Shown: piece by piece, positions 10,482-22,900 of the stretch | Numbering within the stretch: position 1 is the first letter of the stretch | Layout of the letters: each line of letters begins with the position of its first letter | From: Takakia lepidozioides | Lineage: Eukaryota > Plantae > Bryophyta | DNA: 64,000 nt | Reading direction: 5' to 3' | NCBI GenBank assembly: GCA_030704615.1 | Contig: CM060733.1 | Location: 44,392,001 to 44,456,000, forward strand | The notes under the pieces: generated by a model | Told to the model about the DNA's origin: nothing | What the model saw: the letters and a program-made list of their open reading frames with translations, nothing else | Databases searched by the model: none | Program-made: the position numbers and the translations under genes

Positions 10482-13400
10482 TGTTAGAAGTCAGCTCAGA
10501 TTTAGTTAGCTAGGGTTCTGTTAGGGTTTTTTGACGGCTAGGGATAGTTCTACCAGAAGGTTCCAGCCACCAGAAGTTTCTAGAGAACTCATGTAGGATT
10601 TAAGGGAAAGGCTGAGGCAATGCCCAACACTTCTTCTAGCATTTTGGATGTGCTATCCTAGTAGATTGCAGAGAGAGGAGGAGGAGAAGTCCAACATCTA
10701 CTTTTGTAAGTTTTTCTTTTTGCAGTAAGGAGCATTCTTGTTAGGACTGACACTTCTTGTTAGTACTAACTCTTTGGTTGGTTTAGGCTGTCAATTTTTG
10801 TACTATTGCTTGTGCTAGAAGCTATCTGTCAATATCTCTAGGAGGTAGAGGACACGTCTAGTTTCCAACAGGTTATGGGCCCACAAGACGTTACAACTAC
10901 TTGGACAGTTGAGCCACTGAATGGCAACAACTATAAGAGTTGGATCTACACGATGCATCTCCTGCTCTCTTCAAAGAGCCTATAGTCAGTAGTGGCTAAA
11001 AAGCCTTCAGAGGATAACCTGAAGGAGGAGAGATGGATCCAAAAGAATGAGCTTGCAATGGCAGCTCTGGTCACAAACATGAGATCAAAGCTGGTAGTTT
11101 TGGTAAGGAATCTTACAATTGCTCATGAGGTCTGGCAGACCTTAAGTGAGGTGTATGAGGCAGATGCGATGGGGAAAGCATATGTCCTATGGAAACAACT
11201 CATGGACTTGAGAATGAGAGAAGGTGAGAGTGTAGCCATTCACATTGCCACTGTTAAAGCCATGTGTCTGGAGATAATTGATGCGGGAGAACCCATGACT
11301 GAATCACTTCAAATCATGACCTTGTTTGGCACCTTGCCAAAGAGTTATGACATGGTGGAAACCACATTGGCTACTCATGGTAAGAGTAGACTGAGTTGGA
11401 AGTATGTCACTTCACAACTCATCATGGAAGAAAGCAAGCTGACTAGGGGTAGCTCAAGTATGGACAATGCCCTGACGGCTACTTCCATCAAGAAAGATGG
11501 AGCATGTTTCCGATGCGGCAAATTTGGGCATTTCCAGAAGGACTGCAAGGTGAAGATTGACAAGTCCAAGAAGGACAAGTGGAGACCAAGGAAAGGGAAG
11601 TCTGTATATGCACATGTCGCTGACATGGGCAACGACAGTGAAGTTCACCTGTTTATGGCAGATGCAACTTACAGTCGTGATGAAGACTACCTGCTGACTA
11701 CTGAAGGAGAACACTATGGAGATGAGCGGTATTTGGACTCTGGAGCTACTAACCACATGTGTGGGAGGAAGGAGTTGTTTCACAACTTGAAATCCATTCA
11801 GCCTAGGAGCGTAAAGATGGGCAACAATACGTTTTCTGTAAGTACGATGATGGGAGAAATCCCTGTCAACTTTATCAGAAAAGAGAGTAAGGTTACCCGT
11901 TGTACCCTTCAGAAAGTCCTATATGTGCCAGACTTGGCAAAAAATCTGATCTCTGTTAGTACCTTGGATGAGCTTGGGTATGATGTCATTTTCAGAAACA
12001 ATGCTTGCAGCATCCAGAAGGGCAACGAGGAACTCTGCTATGGAGTGAAGGAGCAGAGACTCTACAAGCTTTTGAGTACATCTGGAACTCAGGAGGAGGC
12101 CAATGTTGGGGACACAATGGACACTGCACCATTGTGGCATAGAAGGTTGGGTCACTTGGGGACACAAGCGATCAAGGATCTTCAATAGTTGGGACTGAAT
12201 GTGGACTGGTCACATGAGCTACAGTTCTGTGAAGGATGTGCTAAAGGGAAACAACACAAGTCATCAATGCCCAAGGAATCTGCCACAAGAGCCAAGGAGA
12301 GGCTGGAGTTGATACACATAGATGTGTGTGGCCCCATGAAGACAACATCGCTGGGAGGATCTAGGTACTTTGTCACCTTCACTGATGACATGAGTAGAAA
12401 GACTTTCTTATATCCCTTGAGAAAGAAAGGTCAAGTGCTGCAGGTCTTTAAGCAATTTGTGCATGAAGTAGAAAACCAACTAGACCTCGAAGTCAAGGTT
12501 CTGAGGAGCGATGGTGGGGGGGAATTCCTAAATCAGGAATTCAAAAGGGCAGAGAGATTAAACAAAGCACTGGTTGAGAAGGCTAGATGTATGCTACAAA
12601 CCTTAGGCCTTGGACCAGAGTTTTGGGGAGAGGCGATCAGCACTGCCACCTATCTGAAAAATTTGAGTCCCATGCGAGCTTTGAAAGACATGACTCCAGA
12701 GGAGGCGTGGAGTGGGAAGAAGCCAAACCTGAAGCATCTAAGAGTTTTTGGTTGTGCTGCTTATGCATTGATACCTGACGAGCAAAGGAGCAAGTTGGAT
12801 GCCAAGTCAGAAAGATGTATCTTCATTGGGTATGATCTGGGATGCAAGGGGTACAAGGTCTACAATCCTAGAACCAAGAGGTCAATCAGGAGTAGAGATG
12901 TCATGTTTGATGAGGATAGTTTTGGGAAGGAGACAAAGCCCAAGGACCTGTCCGTTCCTGTGATAATCCCTGATGTGGGAGAAAAAAAAAGGGAACAACC
13001 AGTAGTAAAGGTTTACACTCGAAGGGAGAAGGTGGCGAAGAAACCAGAAGAGGATGAAGATTCTGAAGATTGGGATCCTATTGACAAGGATGGGGGGCCT
13101 AGAAGGTTAGGAAGGATCAACAAACCCTCAGAAAGGTTTGGAGCATGTGGCAGAAGGACTGACTGGTCTGACTATGGATGACATAGGGCAGATGGAAAGT
13201 TGTTTCCATGCCCTTGATGATGCAGAGGAGCCAGCCACCCTCAATGACGCTTTGGCAAGGGATGATGCCAATGAGTGGGAGGGAGCTGTACTAGAAGAGA
13301 TGAAATCTCTGAAAAAAAACTAGACTTGGGAGCTAGTAACACTGCATGGTGGTAGAAAGGCGGTAGATTGCAAGTGGGTTTTCAAAGTGAAAAGAGGACC

Positions 13401-15176
13401 CAACAATGAGATATTGAAGTACAAGGCCAGACTTGTGGCCAAAGGCTTCACACAGACTGCAGGGCTTGACTGCAATGAAACTTTTGCCCCGGTGGCAAAG
13501 TTCACCTCCATCCGATGTTTACTGGCATTGGCAGCAAAGCATGACTGGGAGATAGAACACATGGACGTGAAGACTGCATTCTTGAATGGGGATCTCCAGG
13601 AGGAGATCTACATGAAACAACCAGAAGGCTTCCAAGAAGGTGATAAGGTGTGTCGGCTCAAGAAATCGTTATATGGACTCAAACAGGCATGGAGGACATG
13701 GTATGAGAAGATCAATAGCTACTTGACAGGCCAAGGTTTTGTAAGGAGTACAGCTGATCAGAGCATTTACTACATGACATCAGGTGTCATGATAATAGCA
13801 CTCTATGTGGATGACCTGCTACTGATCAGCGACAACAAGGATACCATGCGCAGGCAGAAGCATGATTTGAGTGAAACCTTTGAGATGGTTGATCTTGGAG
13901 CCGTGAACTACCTACTTGGAATTCAGATTCTGAGGGACAGGAAGGCGAGAACTATAAAGTTGAGCCAAGAGAGGTATGTCAGGAATGTTGTTGCGAAGTT
14001 TGGTATGCAGGACTGCAAACCAGCACCAACACCATTGGAAACCGGCTGCAAGCTGAGTAAGGAAATGGAGCCAAAATCTCCAAGTGAGATTGAGGAAATG
14101 GCTAAGGTTCCATATCAGCAAGCCATGGGATCTCTGATGTATGCAATGATTGGCACCAGGCCAGACATTGCCTATGCAGTGGGAATGCTCAGTAAGTTCA
14201 TGCACAACCCAGGACCTCAGCATTGGAAAGCACTCAAGAGGGTGATTAGATATTTGAAAGGGACTGCGGATACATGTCTAACTTACAACAAGCAGGACAC
14301 TGGAGCATCACTAGAAGGATACAGTGATGCAGATTGGGCAGGAGACACAGATGAGCGGAGATCCATATCTGCCTACTGCTTTGTAATGAGTGGAGGTGCT
14401 GTGAGCTGGAGCAGCAAAAGACAGCACACCACTGCTCTATCCTCGACTGAGTCAGAGTATATGGCTTTGACTCATGCAACTAAAGAAGCCATTTGGATTT
14501 GAAGGCTTCTTGGTGAACTTGGCTTCAGTCAAGAACAGCCAACGAAAGTGCATGCTGATAACAGGAGCAGCATTGAGCTGAGCAAGAATCGTGTTCATCA
14601 TGCCCGGACCAAGCACATAGATATCAAACATCATTTCATTAGAGAAATGATTGGTTTGGAGATTGAGTTGGTTTTCTGTAGGACTGAGGACATGGCAGCT
14701 GATGCACTCACAAAGGCTCTTCCAAAGAAAAACATTCTAGATGCATGGAACTGATTGGGTTAAGCCTCAATCCTCGCTGAGTGGGAGTGTTAGAAGTCAG
14801 CTCAGATTTAGTTAGCTAGGGTTCTGTTAGGGTTTTTTGACGGCTAGGGATAGTTCTACCAGAAGGTTCCAGCCACCAGAAGTTTCTAGAGAACTCATGT
14901 AGGATTTAAGGGAAAGGCTGAGGCAATGCCCAACACTTCTTCTAGCATTTTGGATGTGCTATCCTAGTAGATTGCAGAGAGAGGAGGAGGAGAAGTCCAA
15001 CATCTACTTTTGTAAGTTTTTCTTTTTGCAGTAAGGAGCATTCTTGTTAGGACTGACACTTCTTGTTAGTACTAACTCTTTGGTTGGTTTAGGCTGTCAG
15101 TTTTTGTACTGTTGCTTGTGCTAGAAGCTATTTGTCAATATCTCTAGGAGGTAGAGGACACGTCTAGTTTCCAACA
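10482..15176 (+). mobile_element. Full-length but defective Ty1/Copia LTR retrotransposon
   Basis: 389-bp LTRs at 10482-10870 and 14788-15176 (TG...CA, 3 visible differences); 5-bp TSD CACTT; PBS ggttatgggccca; PPT gagtgggag. Domain order is gag (CFRCGKFGHFQKDC), PR (YLDSGA), INT (WHRRLGH; GKKP), RT (YVDD), RH (YSDADWAG). Confidence 0.97.
10875..14754 (+). pseudogene. Copia gag-pol polyprotein with stops, frameshift and integrase-core deletion
   Basis: ATG overlaps the PBS (MGPQDVTTTWTVEPLNGNNY). In-frame stops at ~10983, 12186, 13321 and 14500; frameshift at ~13140; the conserved segment between EFK and AERLN of integrase is missing. Confidence 0.9.
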
Positions 15177-15234
15177 CACTTTGCATGGACTAGACCTCTT
15201 TCACAAAAGATTTGAATGAGTCTCATGTTCTTTG

Positions 15235-15595
15235 TGTTGGAGTGTCAAGGTTATAGCCCTTGCACGGCACTTTGAGAATAGAATGGGACAGGTAGCTCAA
15301 TGGTAGAATGCCCCACCGAAATGGGGGAGGTCTGAGGTTCAATCCCTAGCCCGACCACACGCCAATGGTTTTCCAACATGGTATCAGAGCCAAGGTTGGG
15401 GCAGTGGTCAGAATGGGGCATTAGCTATAAGGGCTATGCTTTGAGGGGGAGTGTTGGAGTGTCAAGGTTATAGCCCTTGCACAACACTTTGAAAGCAGAA
15501 CAGGACGGGTAGCTCAGTGGTAGAGCACCTCACCGGAATGGGGGAGGTTCTAAGTTCAATCCCTAGCCCGACCACACACCAGTGGTTTTTCAACA
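15235..15595 (+). mobile_element. TRIM (361 bp) with tRNA-derived LTRs (Helenus-type architecture)
   Basis: 144-bp LTRs at 15235-15378 and 15452-15595 (TGTTGG...CAACA); PBS tggtatcagagc (tRNA-iMet); PPT tgagggggag; 5-bp TSD CTTTG; 73-bp non-coding interior. Confidence 0.93.
15503..15574 (+). ncRNA. tRNA-like Pol III cassette inside the TRIM 3' LTR (more decayed copy at ~15286-15357)
   Basis: Acceptor stem GGACGGG/CCCGACC; D-arm GCTC-AGTGGTA-GAGC (A-box); T-arm with GTTCAATCC (B-box); anticodon arm irregular, so probably not a translating tRNA. Confidence 0.75.
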
Positions 15596-17103
15596 CTTTG
15601 CATCTCGCTTTCTCTGCGATGTTGGGGTGTCTCCAACGCATTTGTACATCGAGTATAAGCCCTTTGAGTCTGTCTTCTTCACCAGGATTTGTGGTACATA
15701 GTTGATCTGAAAAAGATCTATATATGACTTGGGTAATGGTGGGTATCTACCAGCGCCACATTTCCTCGTCACAAGCCTCTTTCTCGGTCTCCTTGATCTT
15801 CACCTTTTGCGCTTTCTTCTATTGGCCAACGAACTTCCACTCCTAGAGATCGCTTTCTCTCTCCCCTCAAGTTGAGATGTCTTCCCGGACACAACTGTAC
15901 TATTGGTACTATTGGTTGGAGACTTCTTTGCTGCTAACTTAATGGCTTTCCCTTCCTTCTTCAAGTCATATAGTTGGACCATCATATAAGGTCTCTCTTT
16001 CAACCAGTCTGTTTATAAGAAATGAAGATTTCCCTTCTGATTTTCAGCAGTTCAGCCCTGGGGCCACCCCTGTGGCTCCAGTGTAGTCATGAATTTTAGT
16101 AGAACTGGAGCTGCACACAGCAACAGGGTCAAGGTAGCAAATGTCGGTATCCAAAAGACGCAACCTTTGAATCCCAAACAACACGACCCTTGAAGCCCAC
16201 ACTCCACACCTCTTTACCAGGGTGGTAATTAATGGCAAATACAACTCCTTTCATCACTCATTGAATTTTGGAATCAGTCGTACAGTCCTCCTACAGTTTG
16301 ATGGCAAACCAACAGGACAAAGATGCAGCCCCAAAGAAGCTTGTTTATTCATCCACTGGCACAAATCACATTCAGGTATTGAAGTATCTCCTCCAAAGTG
16401 AGCTAGTTCACAACGGTAAAGAAGATATATCTCGGTCCTTGCCTCTCACTAGTGTTGAGTATGGCACATTTGAAGCTCAAGCCTGCAAGTGGAAGGGGGG
16501 TGGCGAGAGTCGGACTAATATGTCAGATCAAGATTAGTCCCACTCAGAAGAGACAGTAAGATTAACTGAAGATAGCAACTGTACCGGAAAGTGAGGGACT
16601 TTCTCTTCAACAGGCAAAGCGGTTGATACATTTTTGGATACAGGAACTACTAATACAGATCAATGGAAAGGAATCGTTGGTAGGGGAGCCTCATATTAGC
16701 TGCTGCCAACATTAAACAATGACGATCAAAGCTGCAGCTAAGGAAACCAAAGATGTACTAGCAGTCTTACAATGCTGCTGTGTGTCTCACATCTCACTAT
16801 AAGAAACTGACCTCCTTTTAATTTTTCACTGACCATCAGAGTAGTCATTACCACAGTGATGCCCATTACCTGACTTCAGGAGACGAACTGTACCACTAGG
16901 ACTTTATCGTAGTATAACAGGCATCCCACATTCGATTCTCGTGTGTGGGAAATGCCTCTTGACCTCCTTAGTGCTCACACGATTCGACATCTGGGTGATG
17001 GCAAGTATGACATTTTATGGGTGCATTCTCTCACCTCCAGTGCCACAACCATACCTCTGGAAGAATCTCTTGGATTGCCGCTAAAGTTGTCCTTGCACGG
17101 CTG

Positions 17104-17799
17104 TCATTCCTGCGGCGTAAGAGCTCCTGGAACGCAGAAAGCCCTGAACAGTTGTGTTTTGCTCCCTTTTACACCACGCTTATAGCCAGTCCATGCTTTC
17201 TGTATGTCTGTCTTGCGTCTATAGAGGCAGCACGTCAACATGACAGAAAACGCTGTCACCAGACTCGCGATCCCAGCGGCAATCAGGCCCCAAGCTAAGT
17301 GTCTGAAGGAAGGTCCCGCAACTATGTACGCTGCTGCTAGAAAAGCGATCAGGGTAAAGATCGAGGCCGCCCAAATGACTTTCATATTTGTCTGCCACAA
17401 GTCTGTTGACGTTCTCCATCTGCTGGGTACCCAGCTGACTAGAGACAACACCGCAGCAAGGGACGTGAAGAGCGCCAGAGCATCAAAGATGAAGAAAATT
17501 TGAAACGAGAGGGTGTGCACAAGAACAGCTGCCCCCATCTCATCACCGCTCGGTTGCAAACCACCAGGGGGTGATATGATACCCGCAAATGTGACAGTCG
17601 CGATCAGAGCTGCCACCACCACAACTGTGTTGGATGCTGAGTTTAAACCCTGCTGGTACACTTTATTGGCATCCTCCTCTGCCTGTTGAATCCGAGCTTC
17701 CTGTACGTTCAAACGCACGTCATCCCTCTTGATCGCTTCCCCTCCCGGCTCATCTCTCAACTCCGTTGAAGGATGCTCAACAGCACCATTCCCCACCAT
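17104..17799 (-). CDS. Stand-alone PGG-domain multi-pass membrane protein (paralog 2)
   Basis: QQGLNSASNTVVVVAALIATVTFAGIISPPGG, highly similar to 8354-9205; likely ATG at 17799 (MVGNGAVE); different C-terminal tail. Confidence 0.8.
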   Translation of the reverse strand: MVGNGAVEHPSTELRDEPGGEAIKRDDVRLNVQEARIQQAEEDANKVYQQGLNSASNTVVVVAALIATVTFAGIISPPGGLQPSGDEMGAAVLVHTLSFQIFFIFDALALFTSLAAVLSLVSWVPSRWRTSTDLWQTNMKVIWAASIFTLIAFLAAAYIVAGPSFRHLAWGLIAAGIASLVTAFSVMLTCCLYRRKTDIQKAWTGYKRGVKGSKTQLFRAFCVPGALTPQE

Positions 17800-19972
17800 C
17801 GTTACACTCTGCTCCAAATCTTTGCCTTCCAATTATCAAAGAAAGACTCCTTCCCACCTCGCCGCTTGACCACAAGACTGCAGCTTCTATCCAAGTGATG
17901 AGACAGGTCTTGCTTCTTCACTGCACTCTCCTCGCATGCTGGTATTGTTCTCAGGGGTAGATCTGATGGGAAGCTTGTCTTGGTGAGCATCATACCAAAT
18001 GCGTAGAGACTAGAGCGGTAGGTCAAACCTAGAGTGCTGACCACACCCAATCTAGGGTTATGTGTGTTGTTGATTCTGCTTTCACTGCGGAGCTTTGGTA
18101 GAGCATTCAATGAAGACAGACCCGGCCTCCTTCCCTTCTTTCTCATGCATGTAATAACAGGGGGTATCTGCTTGTGAAGAGTGCAAGGGCTCCCCTACCA
18201 TGCGATGTTCAGAGTTGGGATATCAAGAGCTCGGTGTAACCTTCGGTAAGCCTTTGCTAGTCTGGCTATGGAGTCCGCTCTTCGTCTCCTCCACAGTCTT
18301 GGAGACTGAGAACCGAAGTGAGGGGGTCTATCTTGACAATAATAAGCAGGTTGGGTGATGAGTGACAGTCATGGAAGAAAGTAGCAACTTTGTCCATGCA
18401 TAGTTAAGCTATCCGGACCTAGAAAACCTGAAATCTTGTGCAAACAAAAGAAATCATGTGACCAAAAATTGGCAAGTTTCTCTCTCAGACAAGACTAGTC
18501 GAGTTTCCCTCAGACATGAAGAGAAGGATACATGCATACAAAAATTCCAGTGGCATAGTGATGGAGATGTTTTCGCCAGTTTCTGAGGATGTCTCTTGCC
18601 CAGTCTGGTGAAAACAAAAGCATTTGTGAGACAGCAATCTCGAGTGTGTACAGATATGTACATCATATAAAAGCGTACCCTGGTCAAAGGAAGTTCAGTA
18701 TGTACCAATTATGTTGACAGGTTGTTAGGGTATGATAACCCTGCTTACAAATTTACAATTTAGGATGGTCAGATCATCAATCCGGCCATTAAAAGAGCCC
18801 CCCAGTATGCAGTAACTTAGGATTCCCTTGAGTTTGCATCCAACTCACATACATCTTTCGGCAGAATCAATCCACAAGAGTAAGACCTTCCCATATGTTA
18901 AGAATGAATAGGTCAACATCTCCAGAGTCCAAGCAGGGAATGAGATGCCTACCAAGGATCACAATTCAATGGGACACCCCCTACAAGCACATGTATTAAC
19001 TCTCTAATTTCTACAAGTCCCGGACCACGCTGGTTCAACAACATGGTCATACCTGTACAGCATGGTCACCTATGATTGGTTCTCTAAATTTGGTCCTAGT
19101 GTTTTCTTGAGCAGCTATGCTTGGCCCCTTGAACTTCAGAAAGCACTTTGCACTCTCTGGGATATGTCTAGGCTGATAATTACATCCTCTTTGAGCTTGA
19201 GCCAACAGCACTGCAAAATGATCCACAAGGCCAGCCACAAGTCACACAGCCCCAATCAGGTGGATATTGATGGATGTGGAGAGGGGTCATACTCCAGGGT
19301 AATTCAGGTGGACATGACATCAATTGGTGTTACTAACAGTTTCTTGAGAGCAATTAGAAGACTGGAATCAACTCAACTTAAACCATAGCCCCATTAATAA
19401 GCTACCCCTCTGCAACAGTAGAGGCCCCCATTTTGCTCTCTTCCTGTCCCCTCAGCCCTTCCATGCCCATCCAAACTGGGTGCAGCATAGTGGGTGCTAC
19501 AAAAAGCAGGGTCCTCATCTTAGCCTATCTTAGATAGACTGTCTACCTTGGCACTGCTGAATCAAAATCAAGCTTGCTAGTACTGAGGTCTGCTCACCAA
19601 ATTGTCATATAAGCTGTCACGATTAGGGGCTCAGGTTCATGCCATGATAGATGAAAAACCCGAAATTCTCCCAGAGGTTAGCATGATATAGGGACCAAGT
19701 CCCCGTCATATCCTGTGGGGACTCATGAGGGCACATCATAGCCAGTCTCCCTGCCCCTCCAAAACCAGGTACAGGATATGTGGCAAAATGGTATCACAAA
19801 GTAAGGTCTAACAAGTTCATATCTCATTGGGCCTCCCATGTACATAGTAGATTTCTCCCTTACTTTCTGTGTTTCTCTCTCTCACCTCCTTTATGCTTCC
19901 ACCCACAAAGCCCACTCCCAAAACTTTCCATGTGTCCTTGAAATCAGCACTGGACACATTCATAGAGTGAAA

Positions 19973-22900
19973 TTACAATAGGGAAGGGGCTGCTGCAAAC
20001 CTTTTTCCATTCAAGTCAGCATCAACATTGGGAAGTGGAATCTTCCAGTAATTCCATGAGTTGTAATCCTCCTGCAACATGATAGCACAACCTGTTATCG
20101 AGAATAGAATGACCTCTTAAAGAAACGTTAGGCCATCTGTTCTATGAAGCAACTATAGTGATGAGCTAATGATCATAGGTTTGAAGCTGAGGCACGAGTC
20201 TATATGTATACCTGTTCTGTGTAGGTCATTGCTGGGAACATGTCATCCACCAGCTTGTGAAGAGATGTATAAGTCTTCACATCAATCCGGTTGTTCACTG
20301 CCACTTCACCCTGATTTCCACCACAGGTCAGAGCTAGAGGCATAAGATGTCGACATGATGTACTTAAAGAATTCGGTTGCAGTAGCCCGGTGATTAAATA
20401 CCGGTTGCTCTTTGGATGGTGCGATTGACTGGTCCCTAGAGATGTTGGCTATGATAGACCCTTGATGGCTGTAATGCCCCTGGGATAGTGACCCTCCCCC
20501 AGCGGGTCGTAGACCTTTGGTCGACCAGGGACTCAGCAGCCACCCTTTCGCAAGTCACTCATAACACAGACCAAAGACCACTACATTAATTCCATGCAAC
20601 AAGATCAGGTTGAACAATCGCTCACAGGCTTCCCACCCTTCCCTATATCACTTTTAAAACTACAATGAAGCTGTTACCTTAGGATTAATCATGAAGATTT
20701 TGCCTTTTGGAATCCCAACTTTCATATAGCTGAGCTCATCAGTTTCACGATTTCCAAAGCCTGCATAGAATGGGTTGTACTCCTGTGGAAATAATGACCT
20801 TATGTCCTGCAAGACACATCCCACATCTTTTTCATCAGAATGGTTAAAACCATGTTGTGTGCTAGCTTGATGTCATCTAATTCAATTCATGAGATCCTGG
20901 AGAGTTTTGATAGTGTCGGCATCAGACTGGCTGCTGAACAACATCTCTCTATCAGTCTATACCATAGTTCACTTGGTTCACCTAGCTATGGTAGACCCAA
21001 TGGCACCTGACGCGATCCCCACCCCCTTCTTCCTAACAAAAGCAGTGACCATGCTATCTTGCCCGCAAACCCTGGTTAGATAGGAGTTACACATTGCCCA
21101 TCTCCCTAATAAGGATCACAGCACATATGTTTGGGGATCAGAAAGAACAACTACGAGGGTAAAGCTATTGAGGACTATGGCCTGAAGGTGGTTACCTGCA
21201 GGCACGCAATCTTGAACTCATGAGGAGCTCGGCGGATAACTGCACACATTATTGAGAGAAGAAACAGTTAAAAGATTTTTGGTTTTGTCAATGAAATTGT
21301 TTCAAATCCCCCACTTGGAAGATGAAATAAGTACCAGACAAAAAGAGCAATATGCTGTGGTGATAGCATTACAGGTAGCACTTCAATGGTACCAAAGCTA
21401 CATTTACAACCAAAGTCAAGTAGTAACGATGGAGCTAAGAGCATGGGGGTAATTCCATCCTTCGGATTCATATAACCAAAGGACAAGCCAGGTTTTGCAA
21501 TATCTGGTGAGGACAAAGGAAAAGGCCCCCAAATCACCATCAAGAGTGCATAAGAGAACTGCCTAACTAATTCAAGAGACCGCAGCAGGACCACCTGCAA
21601 CATGTGAATATGAAGAATATTAAACCAGAGGCGCAATCTGGCAACGCTAGTCAAAAGGTCTGTGTTTGAAGGTGTTCCTCAGAGAAAAGGCAAAGGAAGG
21701 ACCGGAGAGGCTGCAGCTTGAAGACAATCCTCCACTCCGGAACAGACGGAATTGCATGCCAGGAAACCAAGACTCACCTTCACGATAGAGGGAGGGAAAG
21801 AGCCCATCCGGTGAGATGACTACTGGGCCATCTGGAAGTGCCTCGCCATCCTGCAGACACAACAAGGAGGGTTTCAGAGGAAAGTTTCCAGAACTGAATC
21901 CTAAATTATTTGGAAGTAAATATGGTCCCATCAGTGAAGTAGACAAAAATTAATAGGGAATGACGTGCCCAGCAGGTTTCATTATTATACATTTGATAAG
22001 TGAATGTTTTGCATATACTGCTTCTCACAGCTTTCAAGCTTGTCTATGGAAATGACCATACAATGATTGCAGCTTGCCAGCATCATAGCTTATGGCCATA
22101 GCTCCAAACTGTTAACCTTTAGAAAGATCCCTCGTTTCACTTTGCTCTGAATAGCTTCTGCATCTTCATCAGAATGTCATACCTACAAGTGCAGGGCTAA
22201 GCTCAAATAGAGGACCACGCCAGGGGCTATAGGGTTTGATAAAGAGCCAGCTCCAGTCAAAAAATCTAGTGTTTACTGAGGCTTGGTGGCCAGTAAACAT
22301 TGTATTACTTGTTCTGAAGGTGACATATGTCACCTTTACTGGCAGTAGGAAACCATCATTGATTAGCTTAAGGTACATCAGCCTAACATGATATGTTCTA
22401 TGACATGTGCAGCCCATTCTTTTCCAGATGAATCTTAGCCTGTTTAGTAAGAAGATTCTTGTCTTTCAGTTTGTGGAAACAAAGAGTAGTTGCCCTCCTC
22501 ATTCCCATGAACCCATCCAAGACCAAACAGGAACTCTTGCATAATATGCTGTTAAGCAGAATCTCCTGTAGCTCCTGTATGAATGGCATGTGTATTACAC
22601 GAAAAATGTAAGCACCATTTCACTTGGACACCGCCTTCAGCAAAAACCTTACTTCTCAAAGAGGCAGGAATTAACCTGCTTGATATTGAACAAAAACTGG
22701 CGGGTCAGGTAGGCCTGTGAGATTGCACGTGCACTCAAAAACATCAGCTCGTACCCATTGTCCTGCAGGGGCAGACAGCACTTAATCAGCTCATTTCGAG
22801 ATTTTACAGTTTGAAATGACTTCACATATATGGATGTTTCCTGATACGTCTTTTCCGCGTCCAACTATACAGCATGGTGCAATGGAGATCAGCTGTTACT

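Noticed and set aside
15286-15574. Two genuine tRNA genes
   Set aside because: Both lie inside the LTRs of a TRIM with a TSD and have irregular anticodon arms; treated as TE-borne tRNA-like cassettes.
9300-16700. Possible decayed gene or transposase interrupted by the Copia and TRIM (9300-10481 and 15177-16700)
   Set aside because: Coding-like composition and Cys-rich snippets (HCGECKAG), but every frame is broken and I could not recognise a family. A BLASTX of the rejoined sequence is needed.
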